A stretch of 64,000 bases of DNA. Origin: Antedon mediterranea (lineage: Eukaryota; Animalia; Echinodermata). This document shows, piece by piece, positions 53,701 through 64,000 of the stretch. Positions within the stretch are counted from its first letter, which is position 1. Each line of letters begins with the position of its first letter. A model generated the notes under the pieces. It had not been told where the DNA came from, did not search any database, and saw only the letters and a list, made by a program, of their open reading frames with translations. The DNA is taken from positions 23,205,365-23,269,364 of the forward strand of contig NC_092678.1 in assembly GCF_964355755.1 (NCBI RefSeq). The letters are read 5' to 3'. Both the position numbers and the translations under genes were made by a program.

Positions 53701-56700
53701 TAGTTACCATAACAACACTTACCGTACATGCTCAGACAGGTTGCCTCCATATTTGGAGGCATGTAGTTCCAGGATGTGAAAGACATGCCATACTCGGGTG
53801 CAGTGGAGCCCTCGCATTTTTTGCACTCTGAAACAAAACATAAACAATAAAAAAATAAAATAAAATGATACATATTCACACCCTCTATTATTACAAATTT
53901 TTGACATATTTCAAAGCTTAGTAATTCCCAATATAGAGGGCGCTGTCTCTGATCTACTACCTAAATATTTTTATAGGCTTCGAATCAACGCAATATCGGC
54001 AATTTTTACAGATAAACTTCAAAACAAAATTATAAAAAATGCACTTGTTGCAGTGGAGTTCACACATTAAGCTCTGTATAAACTTATCAAAATTTATGTG
54101 ACAAAAAAATGTGCTGTGCCCAAATATGGAAATGATGATGTCATACCACTATCATATTTGGGCACATCACACATTGTTTGTCAAACTAGCTTGATAGTGT
54201 AGACAAAGCTTAAGTTAGTACCATTTATTCCATTGGAGTAGTAGTTCCTGGGACAAAAATTGCAGGTAGAACTGTTGACAAAGGTCATTCCGGGATTACA
54301 TGGGGGGCAGTCAATTTCACCACTATCGGATGGCAGCTGAGTAGCTCCTGTTATGTCACTCCTGCAAATCTTTGGTTGAATCCACTTGTAAACTGTTTTT
54401 GTCTGTAGAAAGAAAAAAGAAAAAGTTTCCATTACTAAATAAAACTATACAGAGAAAACACATGGGACCCATATGAGAGCATATATGGGTACCATTAAGG
54501 GTTTCCCATGGGATTCCACTATTTTTGCACCCAAGAACCATATGGGTCCCACATGGGAAGGCCCACATAGCCCATATATAACCCACATGGGGCCCTTCAA
54601 AGCATATGGGCATCGTATTTTGTTGCCCATATAGGATTCTTCTTGTTTTGACACATGGGTAATACTGTATCTATATATAAATTTACGTAAGGGCAAAATT
54701 CGGTAAATCGCGCGTTACTTCTAGAATGTTTACTCGATGGTATATAAAGTTGGTTCGTACTTTCTGTACTGATTTTAACCACCTGATGTAACCCTGTTTA
54801 CTAATTAAGACGATTAAAACAAATTTAGGTTCAACGATTTGCCCCAAATAGGGGTGTTTTCCGATCGTGGTATACACTGTCTAATGGATGTCAATTTGAA
54901 AAATACCCGCACACAATAATACGAGGACACTTCGCATTTTCCTATCTCCTCCTACGATAATTGTTTTTAATAGGTGAAAACCGGTTGAACAGTTCGAGTA
55001 CAGCATCATAATGTTGAAGACAGGCCGATTTTCTTTAAAAAATGCTATTTTGATACATGTAATATACGTTTTTACAAATGCATTGATTTGTGATGAATGG
55101 AACATTCCAAATTATTTGGTTTAACCATACAGGTATAGATTTAGATTTATGGGCCCCCTTGGAGAATAAACATAAATAGTATTGCAATGCTGTACAATAC
55201 TGTTAAGGTATTAACCACTTTTGATCGCAATTTGAATCGCAAATTTCTTACTGTGTGAGTGTTGGTACTGTTAGATATAATATAAACAAATATACAAATA
55301 AACTTTATTACTGTGAGTGTGGGTAGGCCTTACTGTTAGATTATAAACATATAATATACAAATAAATAAACGTTATTACTGACAGTTGCTTCTCAACGTT
55401 TGTATTAATTAATAATTTTAAAATATATAAACGTCGTAGTGGTGTATCGTTACATGTACTTTACTATTTCAATCGACTATGACAGCGAGAGTTTTAACAA
55501 AGTATTAAATCGTAAATGTTTTACTGTATTTAGTGGTATATTATTTATAGGCCTATAAAACATTAAAAACAATATTTCGTTACTGAGTGGATAAGAATAT
55601 ATTTTAAAATGTTTCCTCTTTGTACCTATCTTCTTCCCCCATCCCTCAACCCTTAGGCCTAATGTTACATACAAAACACAAATTGGGTTTGTTTAAATGA
55701 GTCCAAATAAAAAAATGTGACTCATTTTGTTTCTCTCTCGAAAGTAATTCCCAGGGTGCTAACTTTGGTTGACTACATAAATCATTGTGTATATTTATTC
55801 GTTTCTGTAAACGACAATGTATTATAGTCCTGCAGTACGTACATTTGAAATCTCCATTTTTTTCTCGCTGGAAATACTGTGTATTCGAGAACCATCTGTG
55901 GGCACGACCTAGATGGTACGCGAGCGAAGCGAGCGTATAGTCATAGGGAACAAATTAGGGAGGGGGGATTATAAGTGGAATGCATTAACAATGGATTTAA
56001 GGGGGTGCAAATATACTTTATTATTATATTTTATTTATATATTATTATCTCAGTCTTATATGGTAATAAATAATCATAAAAATTCTAAAATTGTATGTTG
56101 GCATTACCTTGCTTTGAGCATTACATGGCGCTTTAGTTTGAAAATAATCATCTTGTTTGCAAGCCTGCCTAACTGTACAGTTACTAGAGCCTGCATGTGA
56201 ATAGTGAGTGTCTGGGCAAGCAGTACATGACGTCGCACCTGCAGCTGAAAATGAGTTTGCACTACACACCAAACAACTGTAAAATAAGCACACAAGGTTA
56301 AGACCTACTAGATAGTGATTATGTTCGCTTTTTAGGAATCCTGTCTCTGCCTGGTTTTGTGTGATGTTTTCTTGTTGTTGAAAATTGATTATATTGATAA
56401 AGGAGAATTTGAAAACATGGATACAGGTATCTAAACAATAACATTGATAATGAACTAATCTGCTTTAACCGAAATTAACCAATAGAATGTCAAGGATAAT
56501 ATTTGGTGTATTACATAATCTGTAATAGCTTGCTACTATGGATCATTCACATGCAATTGGCTTAGTCAAAATTGACATTTTTTTTATATAAAGTGCCTTG
56601 TTATTCAATGTAGAATGATGTAGGTGTATATATATATTATCAAAAATTAGTGGTAATAAATATTAAAAACATGTATTCTTTGTTTTGTTTTTTTGAGTTT

Positions 56701-59673
56701 TAAGTCATGGTAGTGGGTATATTTTGTGTTTTAAGTCATGGTAGTGGGTATATTTTGTGTTTTAAGTCATGGTAGTGGGTATATTTTGTGTTTTAAGTCA
56801 TGGTAGTGGGTATATTTTGTGTTTTAAGTCATGGTAGTGGGTATATTTTGTGTTTTAAGTCATGGTAGTGGGTATATTTTGTGTTTTAAGTCATGGTAGT
56901 GGGTATATTTTGTGTTTTAAGTCATGGTAGTGGGAATATTTTGTGTTTTAAGTCATGGTAGTGGGAATATTTTGTGTTTTAAGTCATGGTAGTGGGTATA
57001 TATATCCTTTTTTTAATTGTTGTCATTAAAAAAAAATACCAGACTGTTATAGTTTATAGTCGTAGATTTGACACATTTATTTGTAGTGTAAGTTTTAAGA
57101 ACTTTTTAAAATTGTTTGTTGTTTTATTAATATGTAATGTATAATGATAGAATCATAATCAATTGTTGGTATACAAAATGTGTAAAGCTATATCCACACT
57201 ATCAAACTAGTTTGACAAAAATGTGATGTGCCCAAATATGGTAGTAATATGACATCATCATGTCCATATATGGGCACAAAAAGTTTGATAGTGTAGACAA
57301 ACTTTAATCAGGAATAAGGAATGATTGTTTACAATTAAAAGCTGAGTGATATAATCAATAAATGCTAATTTTAATGTCAACCTTCCCCCTAAAAACCATA
57401 TGGCAAATAAGATTAAATTTGTATTCAATGTATTTGGGGTAAATTAAAATGAAGTCGAGTATTAATTGATGTTTTTTCAATAATGTTGGTATAATGGGAA
57501 GAGGAGGTATGGGAGGGGGAGTAATTGATGTTTTTTAAAATAATGTTGGGAAGGGGAGGGACCAGTGTTAGCAGTGGTTACTTACTCTGTAGAGCCAGAT
57601 GTATCGGAGTAAGTTCCACTTGGGCAGTCTGTACATTGAGATGTGTAACTTAAGCCGTTGATCTCAATGAGTTTGATACGAATTGGTGACGTCTTGGTGG
57701 AATCTTCAAAATTCATTCCAATCGCTTTCCATGATATTACGTTCATTCCCATGCTCAGATCGATCTATTGGATTAAACAACAATTAAATAATTTGAAAAT
57801 ATTTCAAGCCAAAATAATTTTAACCAGATTGGATAAAATACTAAATTAAAAATACACAAAATATGGCTGAAGTTCTCAAAATATGGACGGACAGCCAGAC
57901 AGACACAGTAAGAACCAAAAGGAAGGGTGTTCCCAAGCTAGTCCTTATTGACTCTGCATTATCCCTGCATTATACTTTGTGTATGCATACTGTACATCTC
58001 AATGTTTGGTAGACTTAAGCTCTGTCTACACTATCAAATTTTATGTGACAACAAATGTGATGTGCCCATATATGGACATGATAATGTCATATCACTACCA
58101 TATTTTGGCATATCACTACCATATTTGGGCATATCAAATTTCTTTTGTCAAACTAGTTTGAGAGTGTAGACAGAGCTTTAGTCTACCAAACTTTAAAGCA
58201 GGAGCAGAAGAATACTGTATATTTAATATGGCTTACCTTTATTTCTTTCCATTGACCTTCGCCGGTGGCATCAGGCCAGCGGTCAATTCCATGTCCAGTC
58301 TCTTGACACTGGTCATTGGAAATCTATAACATATAAATATACGAATATAAACATATGATTTAAAAACAAACAATTTATATCGCATTGGCCAAGAGAAAGA
58401 TACTTGAAAGATTCGAACTGGGTATTCTGGATGCTAAACTAATGTGCCACTTCTCTCTCAGATAAAATTGTGAATAAAACAAAACAATTCTTAAGCTCTG
58501 TCTACACTATCAAAAGAGTATGACAAAAAAAAGTGTGATGTGCTCTAATATGGTAGTGATATGCCCAAATATGGTAGTGATATGCCCAAATATGGTAGTG
58601 ATATGACATCATCATGTCCATATATGGGCACATCACATTTTTTTGTCACAAGTTTGATAGTGTACTCAGAGCTTCAGAATAACATTTAATAAGCACTTAC
58701 TCTAACATGGAATATTGTATCTTCCTCAGCATAGGAATAAATAAATTTCACATAACCAGCTTTCTTTAAATTGGCGCTGTATACGAGAGATACCTGGCAG
58801 TCATTACCAGGAGACGAGATGAATCCATTGCGAGGCACCCACGCAGACCTACAACAGTAATAAAGTATACAGTTGGTCATATTTAATCAACTGCACTAAA
58901 GTGAGATGTTTCCATTAAATATTAAGTATTTTACTTAAGTTGGTAAATATTTAAGGATTTTGATTTAGAAAAGGGAATGTTAAGAGCAAGTATTTCCGTT
59001 TAAGAATGATAACAGTTGCGACATAAATTGAGGAGAATTCCACAGTTTCTGATACTGGTTCAGATAGAGACATACTGTAGAGACATCTGTTAGCCATTGA
59101 CATCCATTTAGCATTTATATTAAATGCTACTAAAGCGTAAAAAAATATTTTTTGGCTAAGCTTCAACAAACGCTATTAAGTAGACACCTAAAGACCCAAG
59201 AAAGTTTCCCTTTAATAGGAAATACACATCCAATGTTACTCATTAGGGGCTGGCCCTTGTTTCAAGGGAAAGTGTCCTTCAATCGAGATAGTCACAAAGG
59301 AGGGGAAGTGGGTGCGGTGGTACACTAAAGCTCTGTTTACACTATCAAACTTTATGTGACAAAACAATGTGATGTGCCCATATGAACTCAATGATGTCAT
59401 ATCACTACCATATTCGGGTACATCACTGCCATATTTGGGCACATCGCAGATTTTTTGTCAGTGTAAACAGAGCTTTATACTTACTCGTTGCAATTTGACC
59501 TGCTTTCCATGTACATTTCATCCACTTTCTCCGACAATGACAGGAATTCTTGGGGCATCTTGTTCCAATTCTCAAACCGTTGTCCTCCTCCCAGAGAATA
59601 CTTGCCAGCAGCACAATTTAAACAAGTTTGTGAGTTCTGGACATCAAGATACTGACCAGCTTCACATGTAAAA
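32727..59673 (-). CDS. Endosome/lysosome-associated apoptosis and autophagy regulator family (ELAPOR1/2, KIAA1324/EIG121-like) type I membrane protein; 5' end lies beyond the window
   Basis: Exons about 59485-59673, 58701-58847, 58217-58323, 57585-57764, 56108-56276, 54221-54402 (YKWIQPKIC...CPPCNPG), 53723-53827, 52801-53080, 41063-41165 (FTWAFQK), 40736-40825 (VDGGASYCKACP), 39647-39713, 38294-38426, 37889-38022, 37566-37672, 37174-37293, 36130-36378 ([22 protein letters not shown]), 35597-35746 (TM), 34792-34966 (LEYKYQKL...LPAAETCAI) and 32727-32804. Family is clear; paralog assignment is not. Confidence 0.92.
34905..35200 (-). repeat. Tandem partial duplications of an ELAPOR exon start and its splice acceptor
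   Basis: 34905-35015 recurs at about 35026-35138 and partially at 35153-35200. Confidence 0.85.
36808..37102. repeat. Minisatellite, 24-bp unit ggactgggtcatggaccaagtcct (12-bp subunits)
   Basis: Direct tandem repeats in an ELAPOR intron. Confidence 0.92.
37741..37875. repeat. Minisatellite, 18-bp unit gggagtgcttccgggttt
   Basis: About 6-7 tandem copies next to an exon donor. Confidence 0.85.
43563..44405 (+). CDS. Secreted collagen-C1q domain protein 1 (CTRP/otolin-like), nested antisense in an ELAPOR intron
   Basis: ATG 43563 (the ORF track begins at an upstream TTG); signal peptide, CSSCC, Gly-X-Y stalk, gC1q motifs FNLVMENEGDDY...GKYTAPSNGTYFF...FMGYLL. Confidence 0.92.
   Translation: MKTYIQLIICNILLAVQTHAQASCSSCCEPGTVGLPGPDGIPGVEGPGGIPGRPGKHGMHGYSGEKGDRGLVGELGVTGTKGSKGYLGPPGPDGVWHGDNGEAGDIGNTGHEGPLGNRGDIGNKGHNGRTGDDGPPGHPRALNPSSFYAIFDGAGVWASTDNFVVPFNLVMENEGDDYSRHNGKYTAPSNGTYFFSTTVYKRIPQLQVSIQIFEYTTKVQRVIAYLKMDSEELKDSSTLHALLHLVKGDQVFITISREQALLTDTRRQTSFMGYLLMDDY
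45316..46164 (+). CDS. Secreted collagen-C1q domain protein 2
   Basis: Signal peptide, CIACC, Gly-X-Y stalk, GKYTAPVSGTYFFS, FTGYLI; most similar to gene 1. Confidence 0.92.
   Translation: MPQNMNAVRIILSFLLAQQTLAQEACIACCLKGATGPPGISGFTGTPGKPGLPAIHGIPGFIGPPGLKGEQGLIGDIGVVGEKGEKGPSGLSGPEGRWDGDKGDIGEEGDQGNEGNKGNKGFSSSKGKKGNQGSTGDIGKSRVSKPTSFFAGYSGREIKAAENLIIVFNLDYFNTGNDYDRSNGKYTAPVSGTYFFSTSISQRETIFQSTSLVKLSTSQIKTYLATHYMSNDDEMDSITLSVIYHLDKGESVYVELTQGSSINIGESRIMTSTFTGYLIMDD
47179..48162 (+). CDS. Secreted collagen-C1q domain protein 3, with an approximately 50-aa insertion in the gC1q domain
   Basis: ATG 47179 directly after ttctgcag; signal peptide, CPVCC, Gly-X-Y stalk, IPFDTVIVN...FEAPSDGTYLFS...FFSGLKI. 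Confidence 0.9.
   Translation: MAAHRGISLLVIFLLFLQTTAQEIQEVMTFPHCPVCCERGDPGSPGNQGLPGSQGVPGAPGIHGLHGEPGAKGEVGSMGFKGRKGERGPKGERGEIGIPTAGGVNLKGDPGQKGAKGEIGTRGSEGRSGDQGVQGSKGSKGQKGKKGPSAVTPVPAFFVKQTQNFVAQQEQLFIFDERIAKRSIDEKNLTEESTISRQKRQFVDVDGPILLNPGGRRLSNVIPFDTVIVNEENGWKEKDYIFEAPSDGTYLFSFTIYKLATSKYVAALLYKNFEVLAATEDQGTSSDSATMTAVVDLRKSEFVWLQLAYPGTLLGNGNTFFSGLKIH
48766..49620 (+). CDS. Secreted collagen-C1q domain protein 4
   Basis: Signal peptide, CFRCC, Gly-X-Y stalk, YDRVYTNEG...GIFTAPVNGIYHF...FSGYII. Confidence 0.92.
   Translation: MSDTYWCCLLLFFAIFIVNYPGGQGRDVDTSGCFRCCYKGEPGISGQRGPTGPPGTMGYSGYPGIDGQNGIQGENGLTGMKGELGDVGVKGYRGDTGYPGHGFGIKGESGGKGAKGTFGIPGTPGPKGPQGLKGTKGDKGSQGDMGDPALSTRCFFSMQLNKGIINTDNTQITVIYDRVYTNEGDNMNAVTGIFTAPVNGIYHFVSTIYRQIGIDDFGVFLKKNLEDVILMSGGNENSTDTTSASVILPLNVDDIIYLTVKENTQLILSEGEGIMFSGYIISST
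50229..51134 (+). CDS. Secreted collagen-C1q domain protein 5
   Basis: Signal peptide (start could be a later Met), CHACC, Gly-X-Y stalk, GKFKAPTNGLYFF, FCGYLI; aataaa near 51301. Confidence 0.92.
   Translation: MQKMITEKCMPMLHDTFTCITVLLLVSSIVNSQAPPTVQPGDVESLKNTPACHACCVKGRKGIRGLMGHPGVEGQPGYEGIEGTNGLEGIHGPQGSRGQKGDAGDIGEKGTIGDIGPRGPGVGEKGEKGLPGDKGYIGFTGIKGPPGPIGSSAFAGDEGQKGQKGSAEQPTRVFFSARQNSRQTYGPINNLIVTYNILHRNEGSDMNKDTGKFKAPTNGLYFFAATVFKTQTITNFQVYMRAGGANIAEMVGTTNDNDDSCSATVVVRLSKNDEVYLLVQTGTIKSTNILKEALFCGYLIV
51395..52785. repeat. Long triplet-phased satellite, 18-bp unit aattatgacaatga(c/t)(a/g)ac, degenerate at both ends
   Basis: About 1.2 kb of tandem 18-mers grading into an (ATG/ACA)n-like low-complexity tract up to the ELAPOR donor at 52800. 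Confidence 0.95.
53130..53595. repeat. Diverged tandem repeat (about 60-85-bp units), each carrying ctaacaa(t/a)gtagaggg(c/g)gctat
   Basis: Six motif copies near 53135, 53218, 53299, 53365, 53437 and 53509. Confidence 0.8.
54450..54662. mobile_element. Short element built of cccatatggg palindromes (MITE-like)
   Basis: Repeated cccatatg/catatggg motifs in both orientations within about 200 bp. Confidence 0.45.
54670..55940 (+). mobile_element. Possible non-autonomous Helitron-like element
   Basis: Starts TCTATATATAAA after an A; ends in GC-rich hairpin-like tacgcgagcgaagcgagcgta and ATAG before a T. The 3' terminus deviates from canonical CTRR. Confidence 0.35.
56697..56999. repeat. Minisatellite, 32-bp unit ttttaagtcatggtagtgggtatattttgtgt, about 9-10 copies
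   Basis: Near-identical direct tandem repeats with no spacers. Confidence 0.95.
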
Positions 59674-62077
59674 CCTATAAATATAAATCTCTTATTATTA
59701 TGAACACTTCTGAATTTTATTCTATTTATTTTAGAGTTCTTTCAACTTCAATATTCAACAAATGTATAGAATTACTGAACAATTTTAAACAATACAAATA
59801 AATAATAATTTAAAAATAAAATTATAACAAATAATCATCATACTGTACAGTTTTTACGGTTTTTATAATTTATATTCAGAATAAATGTTATAATTAATGT
59901 TATAATTAACATTAGGAAGATAATATATTATTATTATATATTTTGACCTACAGAAAAATGGTCATTCTATGGTCTATAATTGGAGGTGTCCTTTTAATTT
60001 TATCTAATAGGATTTTAATGGTCTCCATTTGAAGGGTATCTTTTTAATATCTAATTGGAGTTTTAATGGTCTCAAATTGGATTGGAAGTGTGTGTCTTTC
60101 CTTGTCTCAACTTAAATGGTCTTTATACATTTTACAATGTACTGTTTATAAATATTAAAACTACTGTACATATAAATTATTTCAACTGTTGGCATTGATT
60201 GCATAACAACAGTTTTCATGTGATAACAATAGCAAGATTTCAACATCAAGCGTGACCTAATAGTGACCAGCTACTCGTTATCATAATGATATATTTGCCT
60301 AATTACATGACTAATAGCGTCTAAGGCTTAGTGACAAATCTTTCAGCAGTTTGCATACAAAGTAATCACTTGCTATGATAGACTGCCTTTAAAAATTGTT
60401 TAATTATTATTTTTTTCTCAATTCCTATTGTTTTACAGTAAAATCAAATATAATACAATTATTTACAGTATATTTTAATGTACAATGTTTGTTAAATATC
60501 ATCATATCATCACCCAGATGAACAAATATTTGATTATCAAATTACAATATTTGTTTCGTAAATCAAAATGTGTTTAGAAATATAGTTTACTGTATGATGA
60601 CATCATTTTTAATATTCTGGTTGAGGAAATAGACCCAGTCACAATGTGCTCTTTTTAATAACAAAAGGTGTGGGCGATATACTGTTGTATTTACACAAAA
60701 TAAAATGAAAATGCCTCTTTTGACAAACGTCTACTGTAGTACAGTAATAAATAAATAAGTATATTTTTGTGATTTACAAGGTCATTGTGCTAAAATATAA
60801 CACAATCATATTATCATATAACCTATCTAAAGCATAATAAATTCATAACCAAGTATGGTAGATATTGTTTGATAATTTACTTATTCAAATTCAAAGTAAA
60901 TGTTGCTTATCTGCCCACAGACAGCTGCTACAGATTAAACATCATTTATTTATCAATTTGAAAATACATGCATTCGTTATCACAAACTACAGTAAATTTG
61001 TATAAAACATTATTTTATAAAATTATTATTTATTTCATCATTCATATATTAAAACTGGTCACAAAGTACAACTGTCTACCTCCTAACACTTTTGGAGGTA
61101 GAATTTATAGAATTGTCAATAAGTTGAACTAAATCACCATTAAGTTACTCTAACCTCCTAAAGTGTAAAAATCAAAATGATATCTAATACTGTATGTTAT
61201 ATTGCTAATTTAAAGACCTATAACTGTGCGTCATTATATTAGTCAAAAGGTAATTCAGTTCAAATCATTGTAGGCCTATCCCACTAATGGGCGATATATT
61301 GGTTCACACACACTAAAGTTAAGCATGCATATAGAACAGAGTTAAGCTGATCCGAATCATATCAGAGTTACAACCGACTTTCATTCTTGTGTCATCAGGT
61401 AACTCCTATACCACTGTTTTGTTTACTGTCTGATAACAGCAACCTCAGATAAAAAGGGAGGGGGGTACTTCCAAATTACTGGGTATACTGGATGTAATTT
61501 GTGCATTTGAACACAGATCTAAAGCTAAACCACAATACACTGTTAACTCCGATAAACGGCAATTTAACTCCGATAGATAAAACAGTACTGTAAAGCATAC
61601 AGATTATCATATTATTATAACCTCAGGTGTTTTTATGTTAATTACATGGTATTATTTAGTTACTTATTCATCAATTACAATCAAGGAAATATAGCACAAA
61701 GCTACATTATTTATTCAAGACTTTAGTCCATATGGATCTACAAGCTGTTATCATGCATTTTATTTGTTATATCTTACTATCAGCAATACTCATTATTCCA
61801 TATGTTATGCAAGAATCAAACAAAGGAATTGTAATGTGTGATAATAATAATAATAATTTATTTGGAGATTACACATTTACAACAGTGGCATTCGACCAAA
61901 TGGAAGGTGCATCCAAAAGAAATATACGCCAAAAAAAACATGATATAGAAAAAAACAATTACAATAAAAAGTCGACATAGGTCAACATGTCAAAACAATT
62001 CAACTACAGTAACTACAATACCCTTGATAATTAACACTACAGCAGCAGGAAAGCCACGGACACCTTACCCAAACACT

Positions 62078-62585
62078 GATAATCTCACCCAAATGTTGAT
62101 AATCTCACCCAAATGTTGATAATCTCACCCAAATGTTGATAATCTCACCCAAATGTTGATAATCTCATCCAAATGTTGATAATCTCACCCAAATGTTGAT
62201 AATCTCACCCAAATGTTGATAATCTCACCCAAATGTTGATAATCTCACCCAAATGTTGATAATCTCACCCAAATGTTGATAATCTCACCCAAATGTTGAT
62301 AATCTCACCCAAATGTTGATAATCTCACCCAAATGTTGATAATCTCACCCAAATGTTGATAATCTCACCCAAATGTTGATAATCTCACCCAAATGTTGAT
62401 AATCTCACCCAAATGTTGATAATCTCACCCAAATGTTGATAATCTCACCCAAATGTTGATAATCTCACCCAAATGTTGATAATCTCACCCAAATGTTGAT
62501 AATCTCACCCAAATGTTGATAATCTCACCCAAATGTTGATAATCTCACCCAAATGTTGATAATCTCACCCAAATGTTGATAATCA
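62078..62585. repeat. Minisatellite, 20-bp unit aaatgttgataatctcaccc, about 25 copies
   Basis: Almost perfect tandem array. Confidence 0.95.
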
Positions 62586-64000
62586 TTGGCATTGGTTAAA
62601 ATATATAAAAACAGAAATTGTTTACCATTTTATATTTGTAAATTACCAACATTAATGTACTGTTCATAATGACAGGAAAAGGCGTGATGCTGACAGTATA
62701 CAGTTTATACTATTTTAATGTATTGTATTGTGGTTTACGATTCACCGGTTTTTCTCGTATGTGTATTGTTAAATCAAGGAAAGAAATATGTAAAGTCTCA
62801 ATAAATTCAAAGGCATTAGTAACTTACGTGTTAACTGAATACTATTGGTAAACTAAAGATATAGCTTAAAACCCAAGAATAGGCAAACTTAGGGCGGACT
62901 TACACGCCGGTTACTGTAGGCTAACCAAGTTTAGGTAGGCTTACAACCAAAAACAGGCTAACTCAGGACTATGGTAATATTATTTATTCATTAATATTAA
63001 TAGTATGATATAAAGTCAAAGCCAATCTGAACTTGACTACTGTACGTAGTAATGCACAAACAAATCATTCATTTTTGGTGTTAAATAAATACAATGATCA
63101 AGAGTGATGCATATTATAAAAACTGTTGACGCATCGCAACAACAATTGTAATTGTTTAATGAGATCTAATTTGCATAATGATCATTGTATGGTGTTATTA
63201 ATTTGTATGAGAACAAATTACGTAGATGAATGCATTTATTAAATTCGACAAATCACTGTCAGGTTGATAATAAAAAATGCAGTATTTAAAAAAAAAATAA
63301 TTGAATGACAATCAAAATGAATCAGAAAATCACATGTCATTTGTACAGTGCAATAAATTTACCTAAATAGTATTTATAAATTTATTATTAGTATTTTAGA
63401 ATTTAATCACAAAAAAAGATGTTTCAGAATCATCAAAGAACCAGTTTGAACTATACTGTATATTATTACTAGATAAAAATAAAAGCACCAACTTTATTAT
63501 GTATATAGTTATTAATTTTTTAATTTTTTACTTTGTATAGTTGTTAATTTTACTCATTTGTTCTTGAAAATGGTTCCGAAACATCAATTCAACCAATTCA
63601 ATAATTTTAACCTACTCAATTAAAAACATCAATCAGAAATTATACATACAATAGTTCAGACAATTCAAATAATATTATTTACTACAAAAACAATACAATT
63701 AGTCAAATGCAGATTTTCCGAAATTGTACTGTTTAAAAATTACCATATTTCAAGACTACACTATTACCATATTTTATACATTATTAAACTAAATCTCTCC
63801 GATCAACATTAGCATAGCTAGCATCAGTCTACAGACTGAACACTTCAAACACGGTTAACTTGATATTATGCATACAGTAACAACTACCCACCACGTTGCT
63901 TAACGCATTGCAAATGTAGTTTTCTATACCGTAATTGCGTCAGTCTTTTATACCTAGGACAGGTCGTTGATCGTGTGCTTATAACTTAAAGCACGTTCTC

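Noticed and set aside
42676-54069. Absence of the common MITE across the C1q cluster as a sign of constraint
   Set aside because: A comparable gap exists at 6808-14788 and numbers are too small to be meaningful.
56697-56999. 32-bp repeats as a CRISPR array
   Set aside because: Units are head-to-tail with no unique spacers, there are no cas genes and the context is a eukaryotic intron.
9894-59673. MANF, TBK1 and ELAPOR as a functional ER-stress/autophagy gene cluster
   Set aside because: Thematic overlap alone is not evidence in a eukaryote; it would need conserved synteny and co-expression, which cannot be seen here.
62078-62585. 20-bp array as CRISPR or telomeric repeat
   Set aside because: No spacers and not TTAGGG-type; an ordinary minisatellite.

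Overview
AT-rich, intron-containing animal genomic DNA. An invertebrate deuterostome such as an echinoderm is my inference from the gene content, SINE types and promoter-associated TAGGCCTA/CTAG motifs; it is not proven. Gene order: (1) the 5' part of a large minus-strand EF-hand plus repeat/coiled-coil gene running off the left edge; (2) an intronless C1orf74/UPF0739 homolog, head-to-head with it; (3) MANF; (4) a TBK1/IKK-epsilon-family kinase, one intron of which holds a young LTR mini-element and a CR1-type LINE fragment; (5) an uncharacterised N-terminally anchored GalT/HIT-like gene; (6) an ELAPOR1/2 (KIAA1324-like) gene running off the right edge. An 11.6-kb ELAPOR intron contains five antisense, single-coding-exon collagen-C1q genes. 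About 22 copies of one MITE family, several SINEs and minisatellites fill the introns. The most interesting signals are the five diverged C1q chains with length-matched, kinked collagen stalks (one with a convertase-flanked, neuropeptide-like insert), a LIR-like Ser-rich exon in the kinase, the membrane-anchored GalT-like enzyme and alternative ELAPOR cytoplasmic tails. Exon boundaries were read by eye from GT/AG and frame continuity; no database searches were run.
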